A stretch of 64,000 nt of DNA from Puniceicoccaceae bacterium (GCA_040830765.1 JBFOMH010000013.1:1-64000), one strand, 5' to 3'. Positions 26,296 through 35,935 are shown, numbered from the stretch's first letter. Translations and numbers: made by a program. The notes: a model not told the origin generated them from the letters alone.

Positions 26296-29200
26296 TTAGA
26301 GATTCCATTTCACTCCGACGGTGAAGACGCGCTCGGTGTATTGCTTGAATACCGGAAGCGACTCATGCTTGATAACCCGCACCACCGGTTCGTTGGTCAG
26401 GTTAATGGCTTCAAAGAACACCTGCAGGTTCGGCGTGATCTTGTAGCGCATGGTAAAATCGATACGAGCCGTTCCCTCCACGTACTGGTCCCGCGAGCTG
26501 GCGGGGATTCCAAGCCGTTCATGTTGCTGCAGGGTGCCCCGGCCGGCGACAATGGAGTTCAGGTACTCGCCACGGTAGTTGTAGCTAAGACGGGCAAAGA
26601 GGCCATGCTTGTCGTAATAGAGGGAGACATTGGCGGTCTTGTCCGGCTGCTTGAACAAGGGGACAATTTCTCCCACCCGCAGGTCCGTTACGAGGGTCGC
26701 CTCGGATTCAAACCAGGCGATGTTCGAATTGAATCCCAGCCCGTTCAGGAACGAGGGCAGGAAATTCAGTTGGCGGTCGAAAGTGATTTCCAACCCCATG
26801 AGCTCGCCCTTCCCGGAATTGCGTATTTGGGACAACGTCCACGAGGCCGAATTGATGCCAGTTGACGTGTATTTTTCCGCATAGACGGCGGTCTCGTCAT
26901 CAGGCCCCACTTCATAGCGGTTCTCCTCGTAAATGGGTCCGTCCAGGTCCTTGTAGAACACCGCCGCCGAGAACACCCCGATGGGCTCAAGGTAATAGTC
27001 AAAGGATAGGTCGTAGTTAACCGACTCCATCGGCACCAGGTCAAAGGCGGGCAACTGCAGGGTGGTACCAAAGTTGGAACCGGATATACTGGGGATTTCC
27101 CTCGGGATCAGGTCCGTGAACTTTGGCCGGGCAATGGTCTTGGAGGCGGAGGCGCGCACAATCATGTTATCCCCGATATTGCGGATGACATGGAATGCCG
27201 GCAGGAAGTGGCTATAATCGCGCACGTTCGTCACCTGTTGAGAGAAGCCACCTTCACCAAATTCATCATTCTGGGCCAGCAATCTCCAAAAGCCTGGACG
27301 GATGAACTTGATCGTCGGGGGCAGATCCTCATTTCGGGTCAGGATTTCCAGGTTGGTGAAGGTGTTCTCCGTCATCTCAACCCGTGCCCCGAAAATGAAT
27401 TTCCACTTCTTCCAGTTTATGGTCTGCTGAAAGTAATAGGCTGACACATCCTCGGTCGCGTCATAATTAAGGCGGACCCGGGAAGTGAAGTTGTCATTTA
27501 GGTGGTTAGCGTCCTGGCCAAAGACTGCACCGTAGGACTCAGGATCCTGCATGAAGGCCAGTGTGTTTTCCTCATGGAAGGAAGGGCCAAACCGCAAGCC
27601 CTCGCCAAAGTTGTCCTCGAAGCCCTCGATCTCGCCCCCGTCAAAGAATTCGTCCTCAAGGGAGGCTTGCCGGTTGATGTTGGGCCAAAAGTCCGGATCC
27701 AGACTGCCGGTCCCGTCGAGACCATAGTCATTCTCATTCACGTTGTAGGTCTTGTCCCGTGCATCTTCCGCGTAGCCCACGGCGATGGTCCAGATGGAGC
27801 TGCCCACTTCAAACTGCTTCTCCAAGTTCGCTGTATAGCCCTTACGCTCGTCGATACTCTCGAACAGGTTGTGCAAAAGAATGCCGGAGCCGACATTCGG
27901 ATTTGTTGGTTCCTTCATCTTGAAGGAGATCTTGTTGTACAGTGCCGGGCTTTCAGCGGCATCAAGGATATAGGGATTCTGATAGTCGGGACCCGCCAGA
28001 GGAAAGCCGCCAGTCCCGGTCACGCCGTTCCCGTTGGTGCCGTCGAGCGAGAAGCGCAGTTGGTATCGCTCGGAGTTCTGGGACGCTTCAGAAGAGTAGA
28101 CGGTCCAGTCAAACTTGATGTCCTTCCAGAGGGTGTGTTCGCCGCCGAAGTTCAAGGTGTCGATCTCGTCGTTCTTGACGCGGTGGTTGAAATAGCGGCG
28201 CAACGACATGCCCCAGAGGCCGCCTTTGGTGAACAACCGTAAATCAGGATCATATTCCAGCTCGCCAAGCGCGATGGCTTCATTGTAGGTCAGGGCGGCA
28301 TTGAAATTTGGCGGGCCAAGAGCAAGGCGTTTGGCGACAAAAGGATCATTCGGATCCAGCCCCAGTTCCTCAACGATAGGCAAGGTCAAGAAGGTCTCGC
28401 CTGAATAAAACTGGGCCAGGCTCTGCGTATTCTGGTCAAAAATGTGCTCCCGCGCGATGTCATCAAACTTGTTGGTGCTCATCGAGGCATAAACCTCGTG
28501 ATTGTCATTGAACCTTAGTTCCAACCGGGCAGAACCGCCGGTGCGTTCCCGGTCAATATTGAAATTGCGCTTGGCCAGGTTATCGAGGGTGAAGCCCCAT
28601 GGCCGCTCTTCACCGGGATCCGTGAGGAACGGGTAATCCTTGTCCACAATCCAGCCCCAAGTTACGGTGTCTGAGCCAAGGAAGTCTTCGCTCTGGTTCA
28701 CGGAAATCTGAAAGCCGATGGCAAATTCATCGCTCAGCCAGGCGAGTCCTTCGCGCTCCCCTTTTTCCCAAAAATCCCCGTAAGTGACCGCATAACGCCA
28801 ACTGTCCTCATCTTCCGCAATCTCCCGCCGGGTATAGGCCCCTTCAATGGAGGCGAACCGCTCCCCACGGTCAAGGGCGCTCCGGGTGATCATGTTCACC
28901 GTGCCGGCAATCACGTTCGCGCTTTGAGATGGCAGCCAGGTCTTGGAAAGCTCGATGCGCTCCAACTGGTCCACCGTGATCACGTTCAAGTTCACCTGCC
29001 TGCCGTCCTCCTCCGGCGTGGCCAGGTTAACCCCGTCAATTTGAATATTGCTCAAGTCCGGTGACCCGCCGCGGATCAAGACAAAGGAACCCTCCCCCTG
29101 GTCGCTTTCAACCGTCACCCCTGCCACCCGCTGCAGGGCTTCAGCTGGATTACGGTCGGTGAACTGGCCAAAGGCGTCCGAGGCAATTACTTCCCGGAAG

Positions 29201-29616
29201 TCGACCGCGGATCGGCGGATATCGAGGCTCTTGGCCGCACCAATCAAGGATCCCTCAACCACGAATTCCTCCAATTCAAAGACATGCTCCTCGGTGATGG
29301 TGAAATTGGCCACCTTCTCTTCATAGTCAGCATTGATGACCACTTCATTGCGGATCGAGGGTCGCCCGGAAACCTGGGCCACGATGACGTACTCTCCGGG
29401 ATCGACTCCAATTAACCGGTAATAGCCCCGGCGGTCGGTGACGGTTTCCACATCCGTGCCCATGATGCTGACACGGGCGGATTCAAGGTAAATGTCGTTC
29501 AGGCCATCATAAACCCGGCCTGAGATGGTTGCTGACCATGATAGCGGTGCGGCCGCGATAAAAAGTAAAATGGGCAAAGTTAGGGAACACTTTTTATACA
29601 AATGCAAAGAGCTCAT
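26296..29616 (-). CDS. TonB-dependent receptor with N-terminal carboxypeptidase-regulatory-like domain
   Basis: Signal peptide, ISGRVYD, plug AEALQRVAGV..EG..VLIRG, C-terminal NLTNE...VGVKWNL. Confidence 0.92.
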   Translation of the reverse strand: MSSLHLYKKCSLTLPILLFIAAAPLSWSATISGRVYDGLNDIYLESARVSIMGTDVETVTDRRGYYRLIGVDPGEYVIVAQVSGRPSIRNEVVINADYEEKVANFTITEEHVFELEEFVVEGSLIGAAKSLDIRRSAVDFREVIASDAFGQFTDRNPAEALQRVAGVTVESDQGEGSFVLIRGGSPDLSNIQIDGVNLATPEEDGRQVNLNVITVDQLERIELSKTWLPSQSANVIAGTVNMITRSALDRGERFASIEGAYTRREIAEDEDSWRYAVTYGDFWEKGEREGLAWLSDEFAIGFQISVNQSEDFLGSDTVTWGWIVDKDYPFLTDPGEERPWGFTLDNLAKRNFNIDRERTGGSARLELRFNDNHEVYASMSTNKFDDIAREHIFDQNTQSLAQFYSGETFLTLPIVEELGLDPNDPFVAKRLALGPPNFNAALTYNEAIALGELEYDPDLRLFTKGGLWGMSLRRYFNHRVKNDEIDTLNFGGEHTLWKDIKFDWTVYSSEASQNSERYQLRFSLDGTNGNGVTGTGGFPLAGPDYQNPYILDAAESPALYNKISFKMKEPTNPNVGSGILLHNLFESIDERKGYTANLEKQFEVGSSIWTIAVGYAEDARDKTYNVNENDYGLDGTGSLDPDFWPNINRQASLEDEFFDGGEIEGFEDNFGEGLRFGPSFHEENTLAFMQDPESYGAVFGQDANHLNDNFTSRVRLNYDATEDVSAYYFQQTINWKKWKFIFGARVEMTENTFTNLEILTRNEDLPPTIKFIRPGFWRLLAQNDEFGEGGFSQQVTNVRDYSHFLPAFHVIRNIGDNMIVRASASKTIARPKFTDLIPREIPSISGSNFGTTLQLPAFDLVPMESVNYDLSFDYYLEPIGVFSAAVFYKDLDGPIYEENRYEVGPDDETAVYAEKYTSTGINSASWTLSQIRNSGKGELMGLEITFDRQLNFLPSFLNGLGFNSNIAWFESEATLVTDLRVGEIVPLFKQPDKTANVSLYYDKHGLFARLSYNYRGEYLNSIVAGRGTLQQHERLGIPASSRDQYVEGTARIDFTMRYKITPNLQVFFEAINLTNEPVVRVIKHESLPVFKQYTERVFTVGVKWNL

Positions 29617-29681
29617 AACATTTGTAATATCATGGCCAGCCGTGACTTCAAGGAAAAACTCAAAAGTAAATTACCAGGGGA

Positions 29682-31475
29682 TCAGGGAATCCACCTAGCT
29701 TGCGAGAAGTCATAGTAGGTTCTCAATGGGCCCGCGGGCAGCTGGAAATAGATCCAAGAGCCTGATTCCAACCTGAATGCGTAAGGATAAAGGGTTGTAG
29801 AGGAAAACCACCAGCCCAGCTCCTCGTCCCAGAACCACACACCCTCTTCGCTCAGATGGGAGAAAAGAAATCCGTGCAGGGGGCTATAAAGGAAGGACTG
29901 GTCAAGATGGAACAGCCACCCGAGCCATCGGGAATCGATCCAACCGGGAACATCTGTATCCTCAGCCAACCATGCGTAATCAACCTGCCTGGGTACAAAA
30001 TCGGCGATCAGGAGGAGGTGGTCTGACTCCCGGGCATCAGCCGCAAAAAGCCCATTCTGCTCCAGAAAATCAGCAGGCATGCTCTGGGTATCGACAACGT
30101 AAGCCTTTCGCCTGGTGAGGCGGCTCTGCTGGTAAAAGATATAGTCCAGTCGCTGGGTGGATGTGGTGGTTCTCCAGGTATAAAGCCGGGGAGGAACCGG
30201 ATGGGTGTGGCGAGGCGCAACATCGACCAGTGGAAGCCTGTAGTCGTCCGTCCAGTAATTCAGATCCTGCAATTCAGGATCGGCAAAGGTACCAGTGCGG
30301 GGGGAAGCCAACTCAAGCTTTGGAGAATTGGCGTTGAGATCTCCTGTCAGAAAGACGGTGAATTCCGTCTCCGGAGCATCCTGCCTTGAGCCGTTGAGGA
30401 GGCTGCGCAGGAGCAGCATGAAGCTTCTGGTTTCACTTAAGCGGGCGTCCTGGTTCTCGACATGGGCAGGTGTGTGGGCGTTCAGGATAACGGCATCGAA
30501 TCCCCAGATCGGTTCGGTCTGCACAAGGACAACCAGATTGCCATTGATCGACCAGGAATTGAGGATTGGGAAACGGCTGACCGTTATGCAGTCACTCTGT
30601 TTCGCCGCGTACCACTGGCCCTGGGAGATCGGTATCCATTTGTTGACAAGATCCCGCGCCCAGGTGGTGGAGGCTTCGTACAATTCCTGGAAATTGATAA
30701 TGTCAGGCTTGGTTGCTGCCAGAATACGGCCAAAGGCGTCCTCCTTCCCGGAATCCATCGGGCCATTCACGAGAACATTCCATGAGGCAATGCGGATGTC
30801 ATCAGGATTCTCCTTTTCAAGACTAACCAAAGGGGCCGGCGGACGAATATGGTAGGGGACATCGACATGATAGGTACTACCGAAATCCGGGGCAAAGTCA
30901 GCGACACGGTTGCGCAGAAGAATTCCCAAGCGCCCCCCGGGCACGAGACCGCGTAAGGCCTCCAGGGGAACAAGAATCTCAAACTCAGCGCTGGCGGGAT
31001 GCGTCCTGAAGTCGTTTAACCCGTTGGGAAAGAAATCGGCGATGACCTCGGCCGCCGGCAGGTTGTCGCCTTCGGGAAAATACACGCCCTCGGCCGGGAA
31101 AAAACGCTGGTCGTCCTGCACCACATCGAAATTCAGCATCAAGTCTGCCCCAAGACCGCCGAATGCCGTTCCCGTTTCCAGGTTGCCGTCGACATCGAGG
31201 TAGATCTTCAGGTTCGAGCTGCTGAGGACCTGCGGTTCGGCAAGGCGAATGTAGATCGACAAGCCATCGACTGAGACATGGCCGCCAAGCGTCACAAAAT
31301 CGATCGTGCCGGACGGGGCGTCGCCCGCCGGGTCCTGATGGAGATCCTTTGCATGTATCCAGTCTGTAAATACACCGTCAACCTTGATCCCGATGTCCAG
31401 AGTGCCATGGGCGTCCCCCACCAACAGAAAGCCCACCATCGCGGCAAGGGATCGACTGAGGATGTTACCGGCCAT
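29682..31475 (-). CDS. Secreted endonuclease/exonuclease/phosphatase (EEP) family protein with aromatic-rich C-terminal module
   Basis: ASWNV, FQE, NAH, GDLN, RLDY, SDH; start ATG 31475 or 31484 (the track's longer ORF overlaps the sulfatase). Confidence 0.82.
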   Translation of the reverse strand: MAGNILSRSLAAMVGFLLVGDAHGTLDIGIKVDGVFTDWIHAKDLHQDPAGDAPSGTIDFVTLGGHVSVDGLSIYIRLAEPQVLSSSNLKIYLDVDGNLETGTAFGGLGADLMLNFDVVQDDQRFFPAEGVYFPEGDNLPAAEVIADFFPNGLNDFRTHPASAEFEILVPLEALRGLVPGGRLGILLRNRVADFAPDFGSTYHVDVPYHIRPPAPLVSLEKENPDDIRIASWNVLVNGPMDSGKEDAFGRILAATKPDIINFQELYEASTTWARDLVNKWIPISQGQWYAAKQSDCITVSRFPILNSWSINGNLVVLVQTEPIWGFDAVILNAHTPAHVENQDARLSETRSFMLLLRSLLNGSRQDAPETEFTVFLTGDLNANSPKLELASPRTGTFADPELQDLNYWTDDYRLPLVDVAPRHTHPVPPRLYTWRTTTSTQRLDYIFYQQSRLTRRKAYVVDTQSMPADFLEQNGLFAADARESDHLLLIADFVPRQVDYAWLAEDTDVPGWIDSRWLGWLFHLDQSFLYSPLHGFLFSHLSEEGVWFWDEELGWWFSSTTLYPYAFRLESGSWIYFQLPAGPLRTYYDFSQARWIP

Positions 31476-32910
31476 TTCGGTCATCCCAAACAGGAGATAG
31501 CGTGTAGAACTGCGGCTCACCAGGCTCCATCTGCTCGACATGTTTCGCCGCCAATTTGGACAATTCCTCGACAATGGCTGGATTGTCCTGCGCAATGTCG
31601 TGCTTTTCCGAGGGATCCATTTCAAGATTGAAGAGAAGGGGGGGATCGTGCACCTCAGCAGGAACACGGGAATACCCGTCCCATGTCGAGAAGTGGGCTT
31701 TGTAGATTCCTTTACGAACCGCATATAATTCATTTCCCCGGTAGTAAAAGTAAGTATCCCGTGGACTGGTCTTGTTCCGCAGGAAACCATCCCGCATATC
31801 GATCCCGTCTAAAATGCGGTCCGTGGGGACATCCGCCCCGGCCAATCCGGCCAGTGTCGGAAGCAGGTCCATCGTCGAAACCATTCCATGATGAACCGAT
31901 CCGGCCGGTAGCTTCCCCGGCCACCATGCAATGGCCGGCACCCGGAATCCGCCTTCCCAGCATCCACCCTTTCCGTCGCGCAAAAGGCCCCCGGAACCAC
32001 CATTGACCTGCATCCTCAGCCAAGGCCCGTTGTCACTGGTGAAAAGAATCAGGGTCTTCTTATCAATGCCAGCCTCCCTGAGCGCGCGGACGATCTCCCC
32101 GACGCCCCAGTCGATTTCCTCCACCGTGTCACCGTACCGGCCCCGCGGGCTCTTGTCCTCAAAATCCTTCGAGGCGAACAGCGGTACGTGCGGCATCGTA
32201 TGGGGCAAATAGAGGAGGAATGGCTCATCCTTGTGCCGATGGATGAACTGGACCGCTTCCTCCGCGTATCGCCTTGTCAATGTGTGCTGCTCCACCGGGC
32301 GCTCGATGATACTGCGGTTGCGGTAGAGTGGTATGTCGTACCACCCGGGATCCGCGTTGGGATTCATACTGGCCTCGTAACGGACACGGCCCTCCTCGAT
32401 ATTCATGTCATTCGAGTAAAGAAGCCCATAGTAGTAATCAAAACCCTGGCTATTCGGCAGGTGTTCCTCCCCTACTCCAAGATGCCACTTACCGACACAT
32501 CCAGTGGCATAACCTGCTCCCTTCAGGACCTCGGCAATAGTGACTTCCCCGGCCACCAGTCCACCTTCATGATGGGGGTAAAGGACACGGCGCTTGGCGT
32601 CTCCACTCATGCCACTCCGGATGGGTAGCCGTCCAGTAAGCAACGCGGCCCGGCTTGGGGTACAGACGGATGAGGCAACATAGAAACTGGTCAGCTTCAT
32701 TCCCTCGCTGGCCAACCGGTCCAAATGCGGCGTGCGAATCGTCGGGTGACCGAAACCCCCCAGATCCCCGTAGCCAAGGTCATCGGCGAATATGATAATG
32801 AAATTTGGTTTGCCGACTTCGTTCCCGGACTCCTCGTCACCCGTTAAAAGAACTCCCGCCAGCAAATGAACAATTAAGGCCAGTGTAAGGCCTCTTTTCA
32901 TTTTACTCAT
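31465..32910 (-). CDS. Arylsulfatase A-like (formylglycine-dependent) sulfatase
   Basis: ADDLGYGD, CTPSRAALLTG, GKWHLG, SDNG; signal peptide. Confidence 0.93.
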   Translation of the reverse strand: MSKMKRGLTLALIVHLLAGVLLTGDEESGNEVGKPNFIIIFADDLGYGDLGGFGHPTIRTPHLDRLASEGMKLTSFYVASSVCTPSRAALLTGRLPIRSGMSGDAKRRVLYPHHEGGLVAGEVTIAEVLKGAGYATGCVGKWHLGVGEEHLPNSQGFDYYYGLLYSNDMNIEEGRVRYEASMNPNADPGWYDIPLYRNRSIIERPVEQHTLTRRYAEEAVQFIHRHKDEPFLLYLPHTMPHVPLFASKDFEDKSPRGRYGDTVEEIDWGVGEIVRALREAGIDKKTLILFTSDNGPWLRMQVNGGSGGLLRDGKGGCWEGGFRVPAIAWWPGKLPAGSVHHGMVSTMDLLPTLAGLAGADVPTDRILDGIDMRDGFLRNKTSPRDTYFYYRGNELYAVRKGIYKAHFSTWDGYSRVPAEVHDPPLLFNLEMDPSEKHDIAQDNPAIVEELSKLAAKHVEQMEPGEPQFYTLSPVWDDRNGR

Positions 32911-33075
32911 GATGCTTAGCCCTCGTTTCTCTTCATCTACCTATACAAATGTTTAGAATCGTCAACATCTGTTTCGATAGTTAAGAGCCGGGCTAATGAA
33001 AGATTCATCTTCCGTATCCGCAATTTCCCTTTTCAGGAACCTTCGTGGAGGTACCGGATGAGAGAACAAACAAGT

Positions 33076-33148
33076 ACCGTTTGCGAAATGATGGGTTCGC
33101 TGACTTCCGGTCAGCAGGTCGTCAGTTCGAGTCTGACAAATGGTTCCA
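33076..33148 (+). ncRNA. tRNA-like cloverleaf related to tRNA-Thr (loop CTTCCGG); also the candidate attR site
   Basis: ACCGTTT/AAATGGT acceptor, GAA/TTC D-stem, GCTGA/TCAGC anticodon stem, T-arm identical to tRNA-Thr, T-CCA end. Confidence 0.55.
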
Positions 33149-33169
33149 CTTGAATTGGAATGCCCCGCT

Positions 33170-34399
33170 TTATTTCACTTTACCGCTTTTCACCTTAAGC
33201 TGCTCAGCACTCTTACCTCGTCCCTTCAAGAGATTGGAACGAGAAGGTGTTTCGAGAATAGCTGACTGCTGTGCCGGTACGTTACGGGCCAGGCGGAGAC
33301 CATATTCTCCGCTAACAGTATCTATGGCTGATTGCGGCATCGGAAACGCAATGACCGCCCTGGAGGCATCCCTCAAGTAACTTCCCCCGGGGATATACCT
33401 GAGCCCATCGGTAGGCCCATCAAAGACCCACTCCCTGACATTGCCCGACATATCGTAAAGCCCCAACTCATTCGGCAACAAACCTCCGGCCGGCCAGGCT
33501 CCATAGGGAAGTTCTGGGATTATAGGACACTCAGAACCAAGGGAGTTATTTATATACCGGGCAACCTCGTCTGCAACATTGCTGCCGCTGTAGGTATAAT
33601 CCAGGCTCAATTGCCCACCGTGAGCAGCGTAAATCCACTCATCCCGCGTAGGCAGGCGGTAACCGTCAGCACCAGCGTCTGTATAAATAAGGCTGGGAGC
33701 AAGGCTGCCGGATTGATAAACAAGGGTGTACGACGCATCGGTAAAGTACGCCGGACTCAAGCCTTCATACTCACTCCGGGCATTACACCACTTCACGGCG
33801 TCATACCAGTTGAGATTGTTAATCGGATGGGCGGGCTTTACACATCCCCCAGCATTCCAGTTCACGCCAGCATTGTTGGTGAAACTGTAGCCGTTGGACA
33901 GCGCCCAGACATACACCTCATCCCATAATTCCTGGGTAATCTCGAAACGACCGATCTGGAAGTCGCTGGTGGTGACATCGACACCGGCGACATTGACCGT
34001 TCCGCCCTGTACCGAAACAAACTCGTCGGAGGTGTCATCCTCCTTGATGCGGTAAAACTTCTTAGTCCCGGTGACATCGTAGGCACCGGCCAATTCCGTG
34101 GACCAACTGGACAAATCGGAGCTGCTCTCCAAACGGACATGGGCCGGGCTTCCAACCGGGCGATTGACCAGAATGACATTCGAAACAAACGTTGCTTCCC
34201 CATCAGGCGTAACAGCGGCCCGGTAATAGACCGGTGAACTGTCCGAAGCGACCATTCCGGGTGTTGCGGAGGTCCAGGTGGACCCGTCCGGACTTGACTG
34301 GACGTCAACATCCAGACTGGTGGCGAAGGCGACCGAAAAGAGACAAGACAACCCAATGAAGGTTCGAATCCAATTTGCAGCAGATGAAGGTGTTTGCAT
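33170..34399 (-). CDS. Secreted FGE-sulfatase (SUMF1/CLec-fold) domain protein
   Basis: FEITQ, WYDAVKWCN, YRLPT..EW, PNELGLYDMSGNVREW; no FGE catalytic Cys pair seen. Confidence 0.85.
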   Translation of the reverse strand: MQTPSSAANWIRTFIGLSCLFSVAFATSLDVDVQSSPDGSTWTSATPGMVASDSSPVYYRAAVTPDGEATFVSNVILVNRPVGSPAHVRLESSSDLSSWSTELAGAYDVTGTKKFYRIKEDDTSDEFVSVQGGTVNVAGVDVTTSDFQIGRFEITQELWDEVYVWALSNGYSFTNNAGVNWNAGGCVKPAHPINNLNWYDAVKWCNARSEYEGLSPAYFTDASYTLVYQSGSLAPSLIYTDAGADGYRLPTRDEWIYAAHGGQLSLDYTYSGSNVADEVARYINNSLGSECPIIPELPYGAWPAGGLLPNELGLYDMSGNVREWVFDGPTDGLRYIPGGSYLRDASRAVIAFPMPQSAIDTVSGEYGLRLARNVPAQQSAILETPSRSNLLKGRGKSAEQLKVKSGKVK

Positions 34400-34520
34400 T
34401 TCGCCCGTATAGCTAGTTACCCGGAAAAATTCCGACAAGACTAATCAATATTGGACAAAATTTTATTGTTATTTGACAATTGGCGGGAAATATCCGCAAT
34501 TCTCCAACCTTCGGGGTCAT

Positions 34521-34597
34521 CGGGGCGTAGCTCAGCCTGGTAGAGCGCTTGCTTTGGGAGCAAGAAGTCGTCGGTTCGAATCCGGCCGCCCCGACCA
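34521..34597 (+). tRNA. tRNA-Pro (TGG)
   Basis: CGGGGCG/CGCCCCG acceptor, CTTGC-TTTGGGA-GCAAG anticodon arm, TTCGAAT, CCA. Confidence 0.97.
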
Positions 34598-34659
34598 TGC
34601 TTCGTTCTTCGAACTTCGCATGGCGCAGCCATGCTGAAGTGAGATTAGAACGAAGCATG
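34595..34659 (+). repeat. tRNA-trailer hairpin element, copy 2, plus 13-bp inverted repeat
   Basis: CCATGC-TTC-GTTCTTCGAAC-TTC-GCATGG-CGCAGCCA; 34596-34608 is the reverse complement of 34647-34659. Confidence 0.7.
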
Positions 34660-34665
34660 CCCTGC

Positions 34666-34740
34666 GTAGCGCAGCGAAGCACGGGCAGTAGCGCAGCGAA
34701 GCACGGGCAGTAGCGCAGCGAAGCACGGGCAGTAGCGCAG
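34666..34740 (+). repeat. 22-bp tandem repeat, 3 full copies plus a partial
   Basis: GTAGCGCAGCGAAGCACGGGCA at 34666, 34688 and 34710; partial at 34732. Confidence 0.95.
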
Positions 34741-34798
34741 TAGCCCTGCGGGAGTAAGCTTGTCAAACCGTGAAATGGCGCCTTAACTAGCATCCAAG

Positions 34799-35926
34799 AT
34801 GGCGAAATCGAAGGGAACGATTGGCATTCTGACCGCAGGAGGGGATTGCCCTGGATTGAACGCTGTCATCCGGGGAGTCAGCAAGGCAGCCATGCATTAC
34901 GGATGGAAGGTCCTTGGCATCCAGGATGGCTTCCGCGGGCTGGTAGAAAACCGGATGATTCCCATCGAGAACATCAATGTCAGTGGCATCCTGACCCAGG
35001 GCGGGACATTCCTTGGCAGCAGCCGTGACAAGCCGCACAAGATGCTGATGGGCGACAAGATCATGGACATGACGGACGTCGCCGTGGCCAACTACAACCG
35101 GCAACGGATCGACTGCCTGGTCTGCCTCGGTGGCAACGGTACCCAGAAAAATGCCTACCGGCTCCAGAAGGCGGGAATGAACGTCATTACCCTGCCCAAG
35201 ACAATCGACAATGACGTTGCCGGAACGGACATCACCTTCGGATTTGATTCTGCTATGGCGATTGCTACCAACGCCATTGACCAGCTCCATACCACGGCCA
35301 CCAGCCACCACCGGATCATCCTGTGTGAGATCATGGGGCACGATGCCGGATGGCTCTGCCTCGGGGCTGGCATCGCCGGAGGGGCGGACGTCATCCTGAT
35401 CCCCGAGATTCCCTACAAGCTGGACGTAGTTGCGGATAGCATTCTCAACCGTCGCCGAACCGGAAAGCGGTTCTCCATCATTGCGGTCGCTGAAGGCGTC
35501 CATCCCCATGACCCGAACCAGAACGGGAAGCGCTCCAAGAAGCAAAAGTCCCCCAAGGAAGTCGAGCTGATGGAGCATGCCAAAAACAGTGGCGTTCACC
35601 TGGTGCAGGAACCGGTGGCCAGCCGCATTGCCCGCGAGCTGCAGGGCCTGACCGGCGTGGAGGCACGGGTCACGTCACTCGGTCACGTCCAGCGCGGCGG
35701 AACCCCGACGCCCTTTGACCGGCTGCTCTGCACGCGTCTGGGGACCAAGGTGGGCGAGCTTCTTGATCAGAATCACTTCAACGTGCTCGTCGCTTTCAAG
35801 GGGAATCGCTGCGTACCGGTTCCGCTCGAGGAAGTTGCCGGTAAAAAGCGGATTGTCCCGGTCAACCATCCTTGGATTGCGACCGCCCGACTGGTCGAAA
35901 CCTGCCTCGGGGATGTTGTTGTTTAA
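34799..35926 (+). CDS. pfkA: 6-phosphofructokinase
   Basis: [33 protein letters not shown]. Confidence 0.93.
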   Translation: MAKSKGTIGILTAGGDCPGLNAVIRGVSKAAMHYGWKVLGIQDGFRGLVENRMIPIENINVSGILTQGGTFLGSSRDKPHKMLMGDKIMDMTDVAVANYNRQRIDCLVCLGGNGTQKNAYRLQKAGMNVITLPKTIDNDVAGTDITFGFDSAMAIATNAIDQLHTTATSHHRIILCEIMGHDAGWLCLGAGIAGGADVILIPEIPYKLDVVADSILNRRRTGKRFSIIAVAEGVHPHDPNQNGKRSKKQKSPKEVELMEHAKNSGVHLVQEPVASRIARELQGLTGVEARVTSLGHVQRGGTPTPFDRLLCTRLGTKVGELLDQNHFNVLVAFKGNRCVPVPLEEVAGKKRIVPVNHPWIATARLVETCLGDVVV

Positions 35927-35935
35927 GAAAGGACC

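Larger units (their letters stand above)
140..33148. mobile_element. Putative genomic island at tRNA-Thr, bounded by a direct repeat of the tRNA 3' half; no integrase seen
   Basis: 140-167 is identical to 33111-33138 (28 bp), extending to 35/38 through CCA; the intervening cargo is accessory catabolic genes. Confidence 0.6.

Noticed and set aside
11419..29680. Pho boxes upstream of phoD, glpT, GDPD and the TonB-dependent receptor
   Set aside because: Only loose half-sites with 8-10 bp spacing were found; no convincing 11-bp-period repeat by eye.
33170..34399. FGE/CLec-fold protein as a diversity-generating retroelement target
   Set aside because: No reverse transcriptase and no adenine-variant template repeat of its 3' end are visible in the window.
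34666..34740. 22-bp repeats as a CRISPR array
   Set aside because: The repeats are contiguous with no spacers, and there are no cas genes.
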